DNA of 63,919 bases, filler included, from Octopus bimaculoides (taxonomy: Eukaryota): NCBI RefSeq assembly GCF_001194135.2. It is 6 parts of 6 records of this genome, joined end to end, with 100 filler letters (N's around TTAATTAATTAA, not from the genome) between each part and the next. Parts side by side here need not be neighbours in the genome. Positions count along the whole stretch, not along the records: positions 59,055 to 62,725 come from NC_068997.1; positions 62,826 to 63,919 come from NW_026341245.1; 4 more parts are not named here. The stretch is one strand, 5' to 3'. Shown one piece after another: positions 60,025-63,919 of the stretch. How positions within the stretch are numbered: the stretch's first letter is position 1; each line of letters opens with the position of its first letter. A model generated the notes under the pieces. That model made no database searches. It was not told the DNA's origin and saw nothing but the letters and a program-made list of their open reading frames with translations. The translations under genes were made by a program, and so were the position numbers.

Positions 60025-60587
60025 TTCATACATACATATATATGTATTTGTGTGTGTGTGTGTATGTGTGAGTGTGCGTATGTGTGTGTGCATAGGCTAT
60101 GTTGAATCATGTACTAATTCTTGGAATAAAGATGGTACGGTCATCGAGGAAACAATTTTGGTGACGAAATTGTTGAAACAATATAAATATGTGTATCCTT
60201 ACATATGAATATATATANNNNNNNNNNNNNNNNNNNNNNNNNNNNNNNNNNNNNNNNNNNNNNNNNNNNNNNNNNNNNNNNNNNNNNNNNNNNNNNNNNN
60301 NNNNNNNNNNNNNNNNNNNNNNNNNNNNNNNNNNNNNNNNNNNNNNNNNNNNNNNNNNNNNNNNNNNNNNNNNNNNNNNNNNNNNNNNNNNNNATATATA
60401 TATATATATATATATTTACTGGGTGCGGTGGGTGTACTGTCGTCATTTTATATTTTTGAATTTTTAAGTTCTCGCATGCGCATTGTTAGTTTTGAATTTT
60501 GTCGACTACACAGTATAGTAGGGTCAGTTGGCCACCGTCTGTGAGAAAAAAACAGCACCATGACGCAATTCACTCGTGATGCAATTC

Positions 60588-60905
60588 ACAAGTGATGGCG
60601 ACGTTATGCCTCCATTCATCTTCCTACACGGCCTCAGACTAAACACGAAGGCCTACATCAAGTACTTGGAGAAGGTTGTGCTGTCCTGAGTCGAGGGTGA
60701 CTGGTGAAAGACCCTATGTCTGACAACAGGACTCAGCACCATGCCACACAAGCAGGAGAAGCCAGTCATGGCTGTCAAATAATTTCTGCGACCACATCAC
60801 CCCTAGCATCTGGCTACCTAACTCCCCAGACTGCAACTCCCTTGATTATTACGTGTGGGGCGCGGTTGAGCGAGAGACCACCAAGACTCCTTGTGGCACC
60901 AATGA
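60588..60905 (+). pseudogene. DD37D (maT-family) Tc1/mariner transposase fragment
   Basis: TSDGDVMPPFIF..GLRLNTKAYIKYLEKVV; QQDSAPCHTS...WLPNSPDCNSLDYYVWGAVE. The Asp codons at 60730 and 60844 are separated by exactly 37 residues; stops and a frameshift are present. Confidence 0.9.
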
Positions 60906-61279
60906 TGCCTTCAAAACAAACAAGTCTTCTTGTCTAAGTCGGTGAATGTTGCCATAATCATTCATATTCACACAGATATACTTATGTACAGATTTCCGCC
61001 CACGATATTTTGAAAGAAACGTTGGCGTTCGCATTTATTTACGATGTGTCTCATATATATTTGGATGTAGAGAGCCTATCTCTTTCCAGATAGGATCACA
61101 ACCGATTCAAAAAAGAGAGAGATTCAAAAACAAAAGCAAAAATTTATTAAATAGTGAGGGAAGTAGGAGAATTGCCTCTAGTTCAAAAACAATATCTTAT
61201 ACATCCCGAATCATTGAAAAGTAAATTTGACTACGGTGTGATTTGAACTCAACACATAAAGAAGTGAATAGATAGGCGT

Positions 61280-61435
61280 CGGCGTGGCTGTGTGGTAAGA
61301 AGTTTGTTTTCCCAACCATGTCGTTCTGTGTTCAGTCCCCCTGCGTGGAATCTTGGGTACTACTATAGCCTCGGGCTGACCAAAGCCTTGCGAATGGATT
61401 TGGTAGACGGAAACTGAAAGAAGCCCGTCGTATAT
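61280..61435 (+). mobile_element. SINE family A 5' part
   Basis: GGCGTGGCTGTGTGGTAAGAAG...GGAAACTGAAAGAAGCCCGTCG. Confidence 0.85.
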
Positions 61436-61440
61436 ATAAA

Positions 61441-61497
<57 letters not shown>

Positions 61498-62688
61498 ATG
61501 TGGTTGCAGGTATATAAATATCTTTCTAGCCTGTGAATATATANNNNNNNNNNNNNNNNNNNNNNNNNNNNNNNNNNNNNNNNNNNNNNNNNNNNNNNNN
61601 NNNNNNNNNNNNNNNNNNNNNNNNNNNNNNNNNNNNNNNNNNNNNNNNNNNNNNNNNNNNNNNNNNNNNNNNNNNNNNNNNNNNNNNNNNNNNNNNNNNN
61701 NNNNNNNNNNNNNNNNNNNNNNNNNNNNNNNNNAGGGGTAGATTCAAGGCATTGTTCTATTAGAGATGCAGTCCAATAACTGAGACAAGTAAAAGACGAA
61801 AGATAAATGATTTACATGAAGACTTTAGATTAAAAAAAAAAGAGAAATAATGGCCAAATTTGATTAGGTAACTTATATTAAATACAGGCCCCTGGTTGTT
61901 TTTTAGCCGTTAGCACAACCTCAGGCGTATTTCTGCCTTATTCGACTTCCTCGACGAAGCGTCCTCAAAATGCAAGCGTGAAGCTATTACAAGAATAGAG
62001 AAGTACATAGGATAATTTGTGAATGCTCAGAATGCCTTAATAAGATATGCTATACGGGAAATAGAAATAATATTTAGAAATGGTATTTACTCCCTACTCT
62101 CTTTCTTTCTCTCTTACTCTCTTTCGTTCTCTCTCTCTCTCTCTATCTATTTATCTATCTATCTCTACCTCTCCCATTCTTTCTCTGTCACAATTCATCA
62201 ATATTGTGCTAAACATCAGCCTATAGATGGCGACATTATCAGCTAAGCTGCCATTGTATTTGACAAGATTGGCGGCAGTGACACACCTGCTCATAGCAGT
62301 CGACTAAGCTGGACTGCCACGCCTTAAGACCGCCTCTGTTCATGATAATAAACGTATGGTGAATATACTGAGATTTGTACACGATATTTGTTCAAAATAT
62401 ATTTTAGCCATATAATGTATGTTTTGAATTGAAAAATCTGGTTAAAGAGACACATGAAATATACTTAGGGGAGAATGCCGACTGTGAAAATATATTGACG
62501 ATCTGAGGTTAAAGACCAGCTTTACAAATAATAATTGTACAACTGTACATAAATAATGGTAGACTATAGGTAGGGGATAGAGAAAAAGTACAGGAATGGT
62601 AGAAAAGGAACTAGGTTAGGTTATCAATGCAAAGCTAAAAGGATATTACAAATAAATAAGTGAATATATACATATGAATATGCATATG

Positions 62689-62725
<37 letters not shown>

Positions 62726-63136
62726 NNNNNNNNNNNNNNNNNNNNNNNNNNNNNNNNNNNNNNNNNNNNTTAATTAATTAANNNNNNNNNNNNNNNNNNN
62801 NNNNNNNNNNNNNNNNNNNNNNNNNTACTACTACTACTACTACTACTACTACTACACCGATATGAGAACTATGAATCAACCAGCCAAATTGTGATACGTT
62901 AAAGACAAAATAGAACAACGCGTAACGCAGGGCACAGAACAGAAATAGAAAACGAAAGAGAAAATATTTTTTTGTTTTTTTATAACGTCTATCTCTATGG
63001 AGAAACGGAACAAGTCAGACCCAGTGAGCAAATACCGAAGACAGAGAAAGAGATTAGAAACAAAACCGGAATGAATTTATCAATATTTAACAGAACAGGA
63101 CTAGGAAAATCAATAGAAAGCCAAATAAACAAGAGA

Positions 63137-63138
63137 TA

Positions 63139-63182
<44 letters not shown>

Positions 63183-63199
63183 TGATGATGATGATGATG

Positions 63200-63230
<31 letters not shown>

Positions 63231-63250
63231 TAATAATAATAATGATAATA

Positions 63251-63281
<31 letters not shown>

Positions 63282-63349
63282 CAATAATAATAATAATAAT
63301 AATGATGATGATAATATTAATAATAATAATAATAATAATGATGATGATA

Positions 63350-63411
<62 letters not shown>

Positions 63412-63430
63412 AATAATAACAATAATGATA
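63137..63430. repeat. Compound (AAT)n/(GAT)n microsatellite (a second tract at 63590-63717)
   Basis: Direct reading. Confidence 0.95.
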
Positions 63431-63666
63431 ATACTTGTTAGTATAAGTATGTAAAGATAAATGAAAATTAAAATGAAAACAAAAAAAAATATATATATAT
63501 ATATATAAAAGATTGGGCTTGAAAGAGAATTTAGAATAAGGCAGAAATACTAGTAATTAGAGAAAATGTCTACAATGGCTAATTGTTGTATAATAATAAT
63601 GATGATAATAACAATGATGATGATGATAACAATAACGACAACAACAACAATAATAATAACAATAAC

Positions 63667-63718
<52 letters not shown>

Positions 63719-63919
63719 TATAAATAAATTAAAAAGAAAGTGAAAACCAACGGATCAGATGATACGAAATGAAGACAGGCGTATGTACCACTGTGTGTAT
63801 GGGTGTATATGTGTATATACATATGTATAAATATATATATATGTGTGTATGTGTGTGTGTGCGTGTGTGAGCGTGTGTATGTGCGTATATATATATATGT
63901 ATATATGTATATGTATGTA

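Noticed and set aside
3708-61763. Long ORFs (130-446 aa) in the ORF track that span N runs
   Set aside because: Their length comes from X codons; the real ends are dinucleotide repeats or SINE sequence.
14090-62825. TTAATTAATTAA recurring five times as a possible biological motif
   Set aside because: Always centred in 44N+12+44N; it is an artificial scaffolding spacer. Adjacency and order across these joins should not be trusted.
3077-63822. Poly-amino-acid ORFs (poly-K/R/V/M/I/L, HT/CV/YI repeats)
   Set aside because: Translations of microsatellites with no recognisable domains.

Overview
Eukaryotic, AT-rich, repeat-saturated DNA from a fragmented draft assembly. About 10% of the window is N, and five joins are artificial 100-nt spacers (44N-TTAATTAATTAA-44N). 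The SINE families and extreme microsatellite density point to a coleoid cephalopod, most likely an octopus (inferred from repeat content, not database-verified). I recognise no host protein-coding gene; nearly all ORF-track entries are microsatellite or N-gap artefacts. Supported features: one tRNA-Glu(TTC) gene (16124-16195, minus); dozens of tRNA-derived SINE copies in at least four families (A-D, my labels); decayed non-LTR elements (RTE clade, R4/Dong-like RLE elements, Tx1/L1, Penelope GIY-YIG); an internally deleted Gypsy element with LTRs, PBS and PPT; and DNA-transposon remnants (CGGBP1-like hAT, mariner, DD37D/maT, Tigger-like, piggyBac-like MITE, Helitron/Helentron-like). The most notable observation is that the tRNA, a full-length SINE 13 nt downstream and about 460 bp of upstream flank are bracketed by a perfect 17-bp direct repeat, suggesting one SINE-driven retro-insertion. 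There is also no Pol III T4 terminator between tRNA and SINE. Second, RLE-LINE lineages and SINE subfamilies partition among different microsatellites ((TAA)n, (CATA)n, (GATA)n). I see no convincing novel protein-based system. Coordinates of decayed repeats are approximate.
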